Origin: Octopus sinensis
Lineage: Eukaryota
Length of the DNA: 64,000 bases
Reading direction: 5' to 3'
Assembly: GCF_006345805.1 (NCBI RefSeq)
Contig: NC_043002.1
Span: 36,828,001-36,892,000 of the forward strand
Made by a program: the position numbers and the translations under genes. Position 1 is the stretch's first letter. Each line of letters starts with the position of its first letter. This document shows positions 1 through 11,183 of this stretch, in pieces. The notes under the pieces are model-generated. The model worked only from the letters and a program-made list of their open reading frames with translations. It was not told the DNA's origin and did no database searches.

Positions 1-5
1 ACCTG

Positions 6-136
6 CCATGATAAAACTCTGAGTTTCAGATGTCGGGGTGGAAATCCATGCCACCATCTCTTCAGTTATCTGGCCATCATACAATTTTTTACAATGGCTA
101 GATAACTGAAGAGATGGGGACATGGATTTATCATGG
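6..136. repeat. Short palindrome/hairpin with 36-bp arms
   Basis: 42-77 versus 94-129 match 33/36 as reverse complements; outer ccatgataaa (6-15) pairs with tttatcatgg (127-136). Confidence 0.88.
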
Positions 137-459
137 TTACTGAATAATTGTCACATATTACATTTACAGATAAATTCCTCTATTTACATAATACCAAGGT
201 CTCTTTCATTTTTTGTTGTCTTACCATTACTATCAATATATATATATATACATATATATCATCCTCATCATCATGCCAGCATATATGTGTATATATATAA
301 CCACTAGGTCTGTATATATATGTATATGTGTATGTATCATCATCATCATCATCAATAATTTCACAATATTTAATATTTCGATTATATGTAATTTTCTAGA
401 TGGTGTAATTTAATTTTTCATTTTGAATTGATAAAAGGTGTTTTTTTTCTAATTATATA

Positions 460-491
<32 letters not shown>

Positions 492-497
492 CACCAC

Positions 498-570
<73 letters not shown>

Positions 571-2108
571 ATACATACACATACATATACATATGCAGAG
601 GTTATCAAGTGGTTGTAGTGATGGTGGTGGCTCCCTCCACACCACATATGTGATGAGCTTTCACACAGTTTCCATCCAACAAATTCACTTACAATACATT
701 GGTCAGCCTGGGGTTATAGTAGAAGACATTTGCCCAAGGTACCATGCAGTAGGAGTGAACCTCAAACCTTATGGTTGCAAAGTGAATTTCTTTACCACAC
801 GGTCATACTAACAAGAAATAAGTCAAGGAGAAAAACCTGGTGCTAAGATAAGCTTCAGAAAGAATAAAAAGAAAGAACTAGGAATTTGACAAGACAAATC
901 ATTGCATAAACTTCACTTAACCCATGACATTTTGGAATAATGAAGATTGCAATGATGATAATTGTAATTATAACAGCAACGATTATGATGTAGAATAAGA
1001 TACCATGAGGTTGTGACAAATTCATAATTATTGTTTATTAAAAGATAATTAATAAAGGATTTATCATTATGGGAATATATAATTTTCAAGAATTTTACCA
1101 AAATATGTTTTGGGTATTTTCTGCTATGTCTTTAGATTAAGTACTTTAGCACTTATCCTTTCATTTGAAAAATTCAAATTTTAAAAGAAATGTTCATTCT
1201 AGTCTATGCTATTTCTTACACAAGATCTAAAAACAAGAGAGAGAGGGAGAGGGAGGAGAGAGAGAGAGAGAGAGAGAGATTTGATTAACGCAACGAAAAT
1301 TATTCATAACAAAGAAACAAGAACAATTAATCTAATTCTTCATTTATTCTGAATCAGTAGAAACCTTTCAAGTAGAAAAAGGGAAGGGAAAAGAATGTGT
1401 TGTTTTAAATCAACAGGGGACAAATCTTTCAATAATATTGTCACAGAATGTTAAATTGATTAGATATCTTGATGAGAGTAAAAAAACATTAATCTTAACT
1501 GAAACATGCAAACAAGGTTTGATTATCTTGAAAAGTTTTAAAGTGTTATGCAAAGAGACCATTATATTCAGAGAGAGGCAAATGAAATGTTAAGAGTATC
1601 ATATGTAAGGTTACTGTTGGGTAGATTGTTTTTAAAACAGCTGATGCCAGTAGATGAGAAATTAAGAATTTAAGAGAAAAATCTGTAAATGTATTAGGTA
1701 TGCCTACCCTTTGAAACACAAGCTTATCTAAATCTATATCAAGATTTAATTTACATCTAATTTTATTTTGTGTATCCTTTCATTTCCATTTTACTTTAAC
1801 ACAGATGCATTTTCTTTCTATTTCGTTTCTTCCTTCCTTTATTCTCTCTTTTCCCAACTCTCTCTCTCTCTCTCTCTCAAAGACAGAATTTAAATGAAAA
1901 TGCAATAATTCATCCCAATCTATCCAAGATGAACTAAATTACACATATCTTCTGCTGACTGATCAAGAATGATACAATGTTTGTTTTTTTTTTCTATCAT
2001 GCAATGATTATCACATTTGGCTGGAAAGTAGGATGAGTAAAAGTATGTTTGCATGTATGTGCATATGCATTTGCAGTTGTGTGCACATGTATATGTGTAT
2101 GTATATAA

Positions 2109-2199
<91 letters not shown>

Positions 2200-4012
2200 A
2201 TACATATATATACATATGCACACACATGTGTGTGTTTGTGTGTGTATATAAATATATATGTGCAAAAAATATAAGTATTAATTCATATTTGAATATATAT
2301 ATTTATATATATATAGTGAGAGAGAGCAGGAGAGAGTGGGGGTAGAAAGGGGGTAGAGAGGGTGAGAGTGAGGGTAAGAAAATTGTAGAGGTACCCCTGT
2401 GATATAGAGATCATTGTATATAAGATGGAGATCAAATCTCTAGACAGGTGCTGTGATACTACCTCAAAGTTGTATACTGGTATGACGGAAGGTTTCTTCA
2501 AAAGAAGATGTTACAATCATACCCCTTCTTTCAGAAACACAATAATTATATAATATACCTGTACACACATATTTATTGATGGAAAAAAAAGATATAGATA
2601 CATTAAGTACATTTATACACACACGAATGCACGTGCATGCACACACACACACACATGCACACAAAATAGATAAATAGATAGGTAAATTTATAGTGAGAGA
2701 GAATGAGAGTGAGAGAGAAAAAGAGATTGATAGAGGGAGAGAGAGAGAATGAAAAAGAATAGAGTTGAATGAAAATCATGGTTTTTTTTATCTATATACT
2801 CAGGATTTTGTAGTGCATTGGTTAATCTAGTTTTCCAAAGGTTAAGAGAAACACATATTCAATCAATTGTAAAATATTCTCTGATGCTTATATGAAGAAG
2901 AAACGGAAAATGATTCTGGCAGAAAACAATGTTGTAGGCAGTTGCTAAGTTACCATCAACACTTTGCATCAAAAGCTAAAAAGGTGGGAGGAGAAGGAGG
3001 GAGGGACAATATTAAATATTGATAATATTGTTTTATCAAGAATAGATCATCTTGTCATCAACTAGAAATAGAACTGTCCCTATAGGTGGTGGTGAGAGAG
3101 AGAGAGAGAGAGGGAGGAAGAAAGCGACTGAGTGTGGGGAAAGAAGGAAAGAGAAAGGGAGGAAGAATCAGGAGGACGTGGAGAGAGAGAAAGAGAGAAA
3201 AAGAAAGTGAATGTGAGAGAGACAAAGGGGAAAGAAGGAAAGTGAAAGTAAGAAGAAAAAGAGAGAGGGAACAATAAGTGAGAGAAAAAATGGGATAGAA
3301 AGAAAGAGGAGAGAGGGAGAAGGGCATTAAGTGAAGAGAATGAAAGAGAGGGAGAGAGAGAGAGACGAGGAGGGTAAAGTTATTTTTGTATGCAGGGTTG
3401 TGGAGGAGGGAATGGAGGAAGAAAATAGAAGGAAAAGGAAAGGAAGGAGAAATAAAAGTGGCAAGAAAATAGGTGTAAGTTAAGAAAGACAGGTAAAGAA
3501 AATTTCATTTAATTTATGCAGAAAGGAAAAGTACAAAGCAAAGGAACTCACACACACACACAGACACACACAGACACGGGCACACACACACACACACACA
3601 TTGCTGCTGCTCTGCTCTCAAACATACACGCAAACACATAGGCAGAGATGGAAGAAGCAACAGATTAAAATTTAAAATGTACTAAAAGTTAAAGGAATAA
3701 AAAGTAAAAATAAAACGCAAGGAAAAGATACAGAAATATATTTTACAAATAGAATAAATTTCATAAAAATAAATTATTCACATGTTTGTTTGCTAATCAT
3801 GTAATTATTATTATTTTAAAACTTAATTTTTTATAGGAATGGACATGGCAGTGTGGTAAGAAGTTTGCCTCCTAACTACATGGTTCTGGGTTCAATCCTA
3901 CTGCATGGCACCTTGGGGAGGTGTCTTCTATTGTCCTGACCAATATGTACTATTTGAGTGCTGGGGTTGATGTAATCAATTTACCCCTTCCCTGTAATTG
4001 CTGACCTTGAAC

Positions 4013-4043
<31 letters not shown>

Positions 4044-4044
4044 T

Positions 4045-4430
4045 GTGCCCCGTGCTAGTAGGGTGCTAAGAGCACCTTCCGAGCATGATCGTTGCCAGAG
4101 CGGCTAATTGGCTTCCATGCCGGTGGCATGTAGGAGGCACCATTCAAGTGGGATCGTTACCAGCATCACCTTACTGGCATCTGTGCCATTGGCATATGTA
4201 AAAAGATTCGAGTGAGGTCGTTACCAGTATCGCCTGACTGGTCCCCATGCTGGTGGCATGTAAAAGCACCCACTACACTCTCGGAGTGGTTGGCATTAGG
4301 AAGGGCATCCAGCTGTAGAAACTCTGCCAGATCAAGACTGGAGCCTGGTGTAGCCATCTGGTTCGCCAGCCCACAGTCAAACCGTCCAGCCCATGCTAGC
4401 ATGGAAAGCAGATGTTAAACGACAATGATT
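4045..4430 (+). mobile_element. Short 3'-coterminal RTE-tail element embedded in (ATT)n
   Basis: Shares cacccactacactctcggagtggttggc...ccatgctagcatggaaagc terminus with 16420-16575. Other copies: 8755-9131(+), 7880-8080(-), 28800-29060(-), 31874-32195(-), 33150-33262(+), 38005-38310(-), 45655-45920(+), 62815-62935(-). Confidence 0.85.
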
Positions 4431-4437
4431 ATTATTA

Positions 4438-4484
<47 letters not shown>

Positions 4485-4814
4485 CAAAGGGAGGCTGATT
4501 AGTAGAATCATTTCAGCCATTCACATTCTTAGTTCAAACCCTGCCAAGATCAACTCCACTTTCATTTCTCCAGGGCTGACAAAATGAAAAGTACCTGTCA
4601 TTTATTCAGGTCAATAGTATTGAGTAACGTCTTTATCCCACTTTTCTGGCCTTGCCTCTATGCTAGAAACAATTAAGGCAGTGGATTGATAGAATCATGA
4701 GAACATTGAAATAAATGCCTCTCCTAACTGTAAATTCATAGAGAGCATTACAAAAATAAAATAGATCAACAACCTTCTTATTAACATTGCAGGCATGTAA
4801 ACCAGAGAATGATC

Positions 4815-4950
4815 AGTGTAATTTACAAATTTGAATGTAAAAGTTTAAGTAACAACTTTCATAATTTCAACTGTTACATTGGCCAAACAGGTACAATACA
4901 CTCTTGTAGGCTCACTATTACCACTATAAATTCTCTGAGAAAAACACACT
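4815..4950 (+). mobile_element. Penelope-like element GIY-YIG endonuclease relic
   Basis: One open frame from 4815: SVIYKFECKSLSNNFHNFNCYIGQTGTIHSCRL, i.e. VIY...C...YIGQTG...RL. Confidence 0.65.
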
Positions 4951-4998
4951 ACATAACAAGCTAGTAGAAGAATGAAAGTGGATTAAAACATTGGTTAA

Positions 4999-5066
4999 CC
5001 GTATACATGATCGTGTTTCAGGCTTAAAGTAATAAAAAAACATTACTTTTTGCCTTCATCAGTGTC
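4999..5066 (-). ncRNA. Minimal type-I hammerhead ribozyme motif (stem I degenerate)
   Basis: Minus strand: CUGAUGA (5062-5056), stem II AGGC-AA-AAAGUAAU-loop-AUUACUUU-AA-GCCU, GAAA (5019-5016), near-palindromic stem III CACGAUCAUG, then UA. Confidence 0.7.
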
Positions 5067-5221
5067 TTTTGACATCTATTTTTCAGTGCATGGTGAGGCA
5101 CAAGCCAAGCCCTTGTTATAATTATGTATATAATTATAAAATATTTATAAAATTTACCTATGAGGTTTTATTTCCGTGCTGACCATTTGGTAAAAATCAT
5201 TAATGATTTTACCCTTTATTA

Positions 5222-5274
<53 letters not shown>

Positions 5275-5284
5275 TTACATATAG

Positions 5285-6205
5285 TGGTTTTCAAGATTCT
5301 GGCCAGCTAACTGAGATTAACAGTGACAAAATGAAGGAGTAAGTTGACACCAATGAAGATGATCACATATATTCTTCAAAGATCCAAATTTAGTGTTGAA
5401 AACCATCTGCATCAACTCGGTAACACCATCAGGCTTGATGCTTGGTTTTAACATCCACTGAATGTGGATAACCTCACCCAATGGATTTCCGTCTGCCATT
5501 TGTTGCATAAATGTAAAGAAAATGAACCCCTTTCTATTTTTTAAGAAAATGGTAATAGGGGACAAAAAATGGAATATCTATAACAATTTGAAGTGCCAAC
5601 AATCATGAAGGAAGTGTGGTGAACCACCAAAAACAATCTCCAGAGCAGGACTTCACCTCAAGAAGGTTATGCTTTCAATTTGGTGGGATTGGAGGACTGT
5701 TGTATTTTATGAGCTTCTTCCGACACTCATGACCATCACTTCGGATATGTACTGTGACTAACTGGACAAATTGAATGCTGCGATCCACCAGAAGTGTTCA
5801 GCACTAGATAATCATAAGGGCATTTGTCTTTCATTTCAGCAATGCCAGATTGCTCACTTCTTTGCAGATGTGTCAGCAGTTACTGGGCATGGCTGGGAAG
5901 TTTAGCCTCACCCTCCATATTTGCCGGACCTTGAGCCTTTAGGTTTCCTACTCTTTCTGTTTCTTCCAAGCTCACTGAATGGGGACTGTCAAGTTCGAAA
6001 AAGATGTAAAAATACACCTGGAAGAGATTTTTGCCAGTAAAGACAGGAAATTCTTTGAGTAGGAAATAATGGATTAGTCTACAAGATAGCAGAAGATACT
6101 GGAATGAAGTGATAATTATATCTTGGACTGAATAGATAGTTTGTATTTAAAACTTGTGCATCATTTTCACTTATAAAACTGAATGGACAGTTTGGCCAAT
6201 GCAAT
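5285..6205 (+). mobile_element. Mariner (DD34D-type) transposase relic with 3' TIR remnant
   Basis: Frameshifted translation gives VENHLHQLG, KMVIGDKKWNIYNN, KKVMLSIWWDWRTVVFYELL, PHPPYLPDL, EIFASKDRKFF; ends aaaactgaatggacagtttggccaatgcaata|TA. Confidence 0.85.
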
Positions 6206-6210
6206 ATATA

Positions 6211-6242
<32 letters not shown>

Positions 6243-6840
6243 CTATATATATATATATATATCTCAACACACATGCACACACACACAAGCACACGCACAC
6301 ATATAAGTGTATGTATGCGTGTATGTGTATCTGTCTATCTATTGTCTGTCTATAAATATAAGTAAAACTAACTGTAAATATATACATCTATATCTAATGA
6401 TCTATAACTAATACGAAGAGACACTTACTTCAAAATAAAATCGAGTTATTTTTTGAAATAAATAGATAATGTATTTTATTACCAGACATAGTCATGTATC
6501 TAGAAGTCAGACATTCATCCAGAATTAACTTAATGAAATGAGCTGTTATAGTAATTATAGGAATAAATATTTCAAAGTTATACAGTCATACTCAAAATAA
6601 TTCTTTTGTGAGAAGTGATTAACCAGAGCTCAAATTAAAAGTGGAGAATAAATAAGCAATGATAAATATGCTTCTGGTCAGCATGTCTAAAGAGATATCA
6701 GTTTTGTCTAATGGCAATAATTGATGGAAGACTGATGGTAACACACTCCTGTCTCCCATATATAATATATATAAGAATTTTTTGCATAATAAGATAAAAA
6801 AACCAAGGCTGTATAGATATTAGAGCATTTATAGACAGAA

Positions 6841-6895
6841 GGTCTTACAGCTGTTTCTAGGATATTAATTAATAATATCCCTTCATCGGAGATGG
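6841..6895 (-). ncRNA. Minimal type-I hammerhead ribozyme motif with U4C core change
   Basis: Minus strand: ccaUCU, CCGAUGA (6889-6883), A, GGGAUAUU-auuaauu-AAUAUCCU, A, GAAA (6857-6854), palindromic CAGCUG, UA, AGAcc. Confidence 0.62.
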
Positions 6896-7015
6896 TGTGA
6901 GAGGAAAAATTAAGTCATAGTTAGTTTTGATGTGATACAAAATAGCGAGTTAGGTGGAGGAAAGAAAATAGATGTAAGATATGCAGGGGTATTGAATTTG
7001 TAAATCTGTTTTATA

Positions 7016-7067
<52 letters not shown>

Positions 7068-7420
7068 GGTATGTATGTAAAATTATATGGTTTAGTGGTT
7101 TGGGTGTTGCACTCAAGATTGTAACATCATGATTTTGATTTCCAGACTGGGCATTCCACTGTGTTCTTGAGCAAGACACTTCATTTCCTGTTGCTTTGCA
7201 ATCATTTCACCATTTGACATGTGGCACATTGTATACTTGTACAGGTAATGTCGATTCGATGGAGGCAGTGAACTTATGTGAACACAAACCTTTGATCACT
7301 ATAAACAAACCATTTACGTGTTTCTTTGGTGAGAAATTGCAGAACCCTCATATGTTGTTTAACAATGAGAGAGTCTATAACCTATCTATCTATCCATCCA
7401 TCCATCCATCCATCCATCCA

Positions 7421-7485
<65 letters not shown>

Positions 7486-7544
7486 CACACACACACACAG
7501 ACACACACACATACACCACACACACACACATATGGCACTCCGTC

Positions 7545-7856
7545 AGTTATTATGACATGGGTTCCAGCTGATCTGATCAATGGAACAGCTGGCTTGTGAA
7601 ATTAACATGCAAATGGCTGAGTACTCCACAAACACATGTACCCTTAATGTAGTTCTCAGAGAGATTCAGTACGACACAGTGTGTGACAAAGCTGGCCCTT
7701 TAAAATACAGGCACTACTCATTTTAGTCAGCTGAGTGGACTGGAGCAACGTGAAATAGTGTCTTGCCCAAGGACACAGCACGTCACCAGGAATTGAACTC
7801 ATGATCTTACAATCTTAAGCTGAATACCTTAACCACTAAGCCACATGCTTTCACAC
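7545..7856 (-). mobile_element. tRNA-derived SINE family F (head/core as family E, different tail)
   Basis: Tail with ctgaatctctctgagaactacattaagggtaca; second copy at 32209-32452(+). A further tail variant occurs at 7087-7378(+) and 54075-54225(+). Confidence 0.75.
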
Positions 7857-9413
7857 ACACACAGAGACACACATACCATCAGCATCATCATCATCATCAC
7901 CACCACCACCACCACCACCACTTTTTAACATTCTTGTTCCATGGGTAGACAGCTTGACAAGATCCTATGGCTCCCGAAACTGTAACATGCTCCACTGTCT
8001 ACATTGGCACAGTTTTATGGCTGGAAATCCTACCTAATACCTACCACTTTACTGTGTGCCTTTTTATGTGCCACCAGCACATCTCTCTCTCTCTCTAAAC
8101 ACACACACACACACACAAAACATGCTTTGTATTGTTTCCATTTACCAAATTCACTCACAGGGCATTGATTGATATGTGTGTTCTTCCTTTCGGTTACCAT
8201 ATCCAAGTTTCATGTGAACATAACATGTTCTGCTAACCTTACAATTCCAGTCAAGATGACATTAACAGCTTTTCCATTAAAGACATTGCACTGTCTTTAA
8301 TGGAAATATGAATAGCATATTTAGATTAAAAGTTGAGAACAGAACTGAAATTCATGATTGAATTCAGGAAAGGAGTCCTCAGCAACTATTTCTTACGTAT
8401 TTAATTTCCATTGCTCTTCACTGAAACAAAGACAGAATAACAAAATGCGTCAATATAATCCAGTAATTAATTAACTATTTTGTTAGTGACTAATCTTGTA
8501 TTGAGTGCTGTATGACATTAGCAGAGCACTTTCTTGAGTTCTTTCTATAAAGTTTATAGAATTTGAAATTCTATACAATTTGAAAAAAGGATCCTCTGGG
8601 ATTAATTAACTGACTAGATCCAAAATTTAAACAAATTCATAATCATAGTCTAAATTTTAATACTCAAACTTGTTTCTGGGAAATTTATGCACACACACAC
8701 ATACACACACACACACACAGATTTTCTCTCAGAAATAAGCTTTATATATATAAGTATATCAACATCAGCAATATCAAAATCAAATCAAATGGAAATTGTA
8801 GTTGTGAGCCCTGTGCCAGTAGCACGTAAAAAGCACCATCCGAATGTGGCTGATGCCAGTGCTGCTGCTTTGACTGGCTTCTGTACTGGTGGCACATAAA
8901 AAGCACCATCTGATCATTGTCGATTCCAGCTCCTCTGGCTCCTTGTGCCAGTGGTACATAAAAAGCACCCACTATACTCTCAGACTGGTTGGCATTAGGA
9001 ATAGTATCCAGCCGTAGAAACACTACCAGATCTGACTGGCCTGGTGCAGCCTCCTGACTTCCCAGACCCCAGTCGAACCATCCAACCCATGCCAGCATGG
9101 AAAACGGATGTTAAACGATGATGATAATGATGTATATATTTATATATATAGAGTATATATGTATATTATTTACACATACATACATAATCTCATCACCATA
9201 TATATATATATATATGTATGTATGTATATGTGTCTGTGTGTGTGAAGGCACATGGCTCAGTGGTTAGAGTGTCGTGCTTATGATCGTGAGGTTGTGACTT
9301 CGATTCCTGGTACTTATTTTATCAACTCCCAAAAGATGAAAAGCAAATATTGATAATAATAATAATAATCCATGGATGAAATTTATAAATATTAAAATTT
9401 TTTTTTTTTTTTT

Positions 9414-9610
9414 CTTACTTGTTTCAGTCATTTGACTGCGGCCATGCTGGAGCACCGCCTTTAGTCGAGCAAATTGACCCCGGGACTTATTCTTTGTAAG
9501 CCCAGTACTTATTCTATCGGTTTCTTTTGCTGGACCGCTAAGTTACGGGGACATAAACACACCAGCATCGGTTGTCAAGCAATGCTAGGGGGACAAACAC
9601 AGACACACAA

Positions 9611-9641
<31 letters not shown>

Positions 9642-9808
9642 CATATATACGACAGGCTTCTTTGAGTTTCGGTCTACCAAATCCACTCACAAGGCTTTGG
9701 TCGGCCCGAGGCTATAGCAGAAGACACTTGCCCAAGATGCCACGCAGTGGGACTGAACCCGGAACCATGTAGTTGGTTAGCAAGCTACTTACCACACAGC
9801 CACTCCTG
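9414..9808 (-). mobile_element. tRNA-derived SINE, family A (internal (TA)/(CA) tract, (AAAGAGT)n-like tail)
   Basis: Head caggagtggctgtgtggtaag...ggttcagtcccactgcgtggc carries A/B-box-like motifs; tail gactgaaacaagtaa. Partial copies at 660-810(-), 3835-3935(+), 33825-33970(-), 45535-45660(-), 45965-46080(-), 54240-54535(+), 56160-56310(-). Confidence 0.88.
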
Positions 9809-9879
9809 TTATGTGTGTTTCCACAAATCATGTTTCTTTTGATCGTAGTCTGTATTTTTGGAATGATTACAGTACAATC

Positions 9880-10290
9880 CATAAATGGTTGCTCAGGCAA
9901 TTTTCATGGTGTTTCTGGTACCATCAAAGTATACATGTTTTTGTGTACCATCTTCACTTCACATTTGTAAACTGTATTACTTACCATGCAGTTGTTCTCT
10001 TTCCATTACCTTCTATTCCTCCCTACCAAATACAGACAGAACTGCCCACACACCCTAACTGACCTTTTGATTGGTGAAAATTGATAAACATCCTTGAGTT
10101 ATACATTCTTTGCTTCCACCATTAGTGCCATATTGCCTGAAGAAATGAACACATGGATGAAGATCTACCCAATGTCCTTGGATACTACAAACTGTACTGT
10201 AATCATCTCTGGAATATGGACTACGACCATAAGAAACATGTAACTTGTGGAAATGTGTGTAACAATGCATTAAAATATATTTATAAATTC
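9880..10290 (+). mobile_element. Highly degraded RTE-like RT C-terminal fragment
   Basis: YTFFASTISAILPEEMNTW resembles FxYLGSTISxxxxxDxEINxRI, followed by an ETWT-like segment; frameshifted. Confidence 0.45.
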
Positions 10291-10318
10291 CATCCATGGA
10301 TTGTTATTATTATTATTA

Positions 10319-10357
<39 letters not shown>

Positions 10358-10489
10358 GATATTTTAGGTATGGTAGCTGAAGATTGCTCCACATTTTAAA
10401 TTGATGTAATGATTGCATTGTTCAATTAGATGGAGTTGCATGAAATGATTGTACGGCATTACCTCTGGATATTCTTGTTGCTTATTTTG

Positions 10490-10520
<31 letters not shown>

Positions 10521-11183
10521 GTAGATGTGAAATTCTGTATGAGACTTTCAGCATGTACATTCTGAGGACTTTGCATAAGCGATAAATAAATGAATAATTA
10601 AAAAATGCGCTTGCAAACATGTCTTTCAGTGCACACACACACACACACACACACATACACACACGCACACACATTGTTTAAAATGAAATTTTCCTGAGAA
10701 AATCAAATTTGTTTCACGTGTAAATTGGCTCCTTCTTTAATTACAGAAATCTCAAATTTTAAAATACACATAAAAAGGTTTTTATGTTCCCTTTCATATT
10801 CACTATCCTTTTACAGTTTGTCCAAAAATTAATTCAATAAAATTGACTATTTTACATCCTACTTATTTAATCAACATGTAAGAAATAGTTGTTGAAGCAG
10901 ATATTAATTTTATAAGAGTATATTTTTACGCTGTTTTTCTAAACTATGCCAAAATAAGCATAAAAAAAACCAAAGGAAAAACAAAAAAAACCCCAAACAA
11001 AACAAATTGGTCCACAAATATTAACACTGATAATTCTAATATCTATATATTATGATTATAATTCAGATAAGTTTTGGTATTTATTATTATAATTATTTTA
11101 CTTAAATGTTTGAAAGTTTATTTTTCTTGACACAGGTCTACGACGCTATTAGGACCAATACCACTTCCACCCCCACCCACAGC

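Noticed and set aside
2283-2501. Minus-strand ORF MKKPSVIPVYNFEVV... as a downstream Cav3 exon
   Set aside because: No similarity to the Cav3 linker end or domain III, weak splice sites, and it runs into a GA microsatellite.
10062-10245. Minus-strand open frame with AG acceptor and AAG|GTCAGT donor resembling a Cav3 exon
   Set aside because: The peptide is unlike Cav3, and the + strand resembles a decayed RTE RT C-terminus, which explains the composition.
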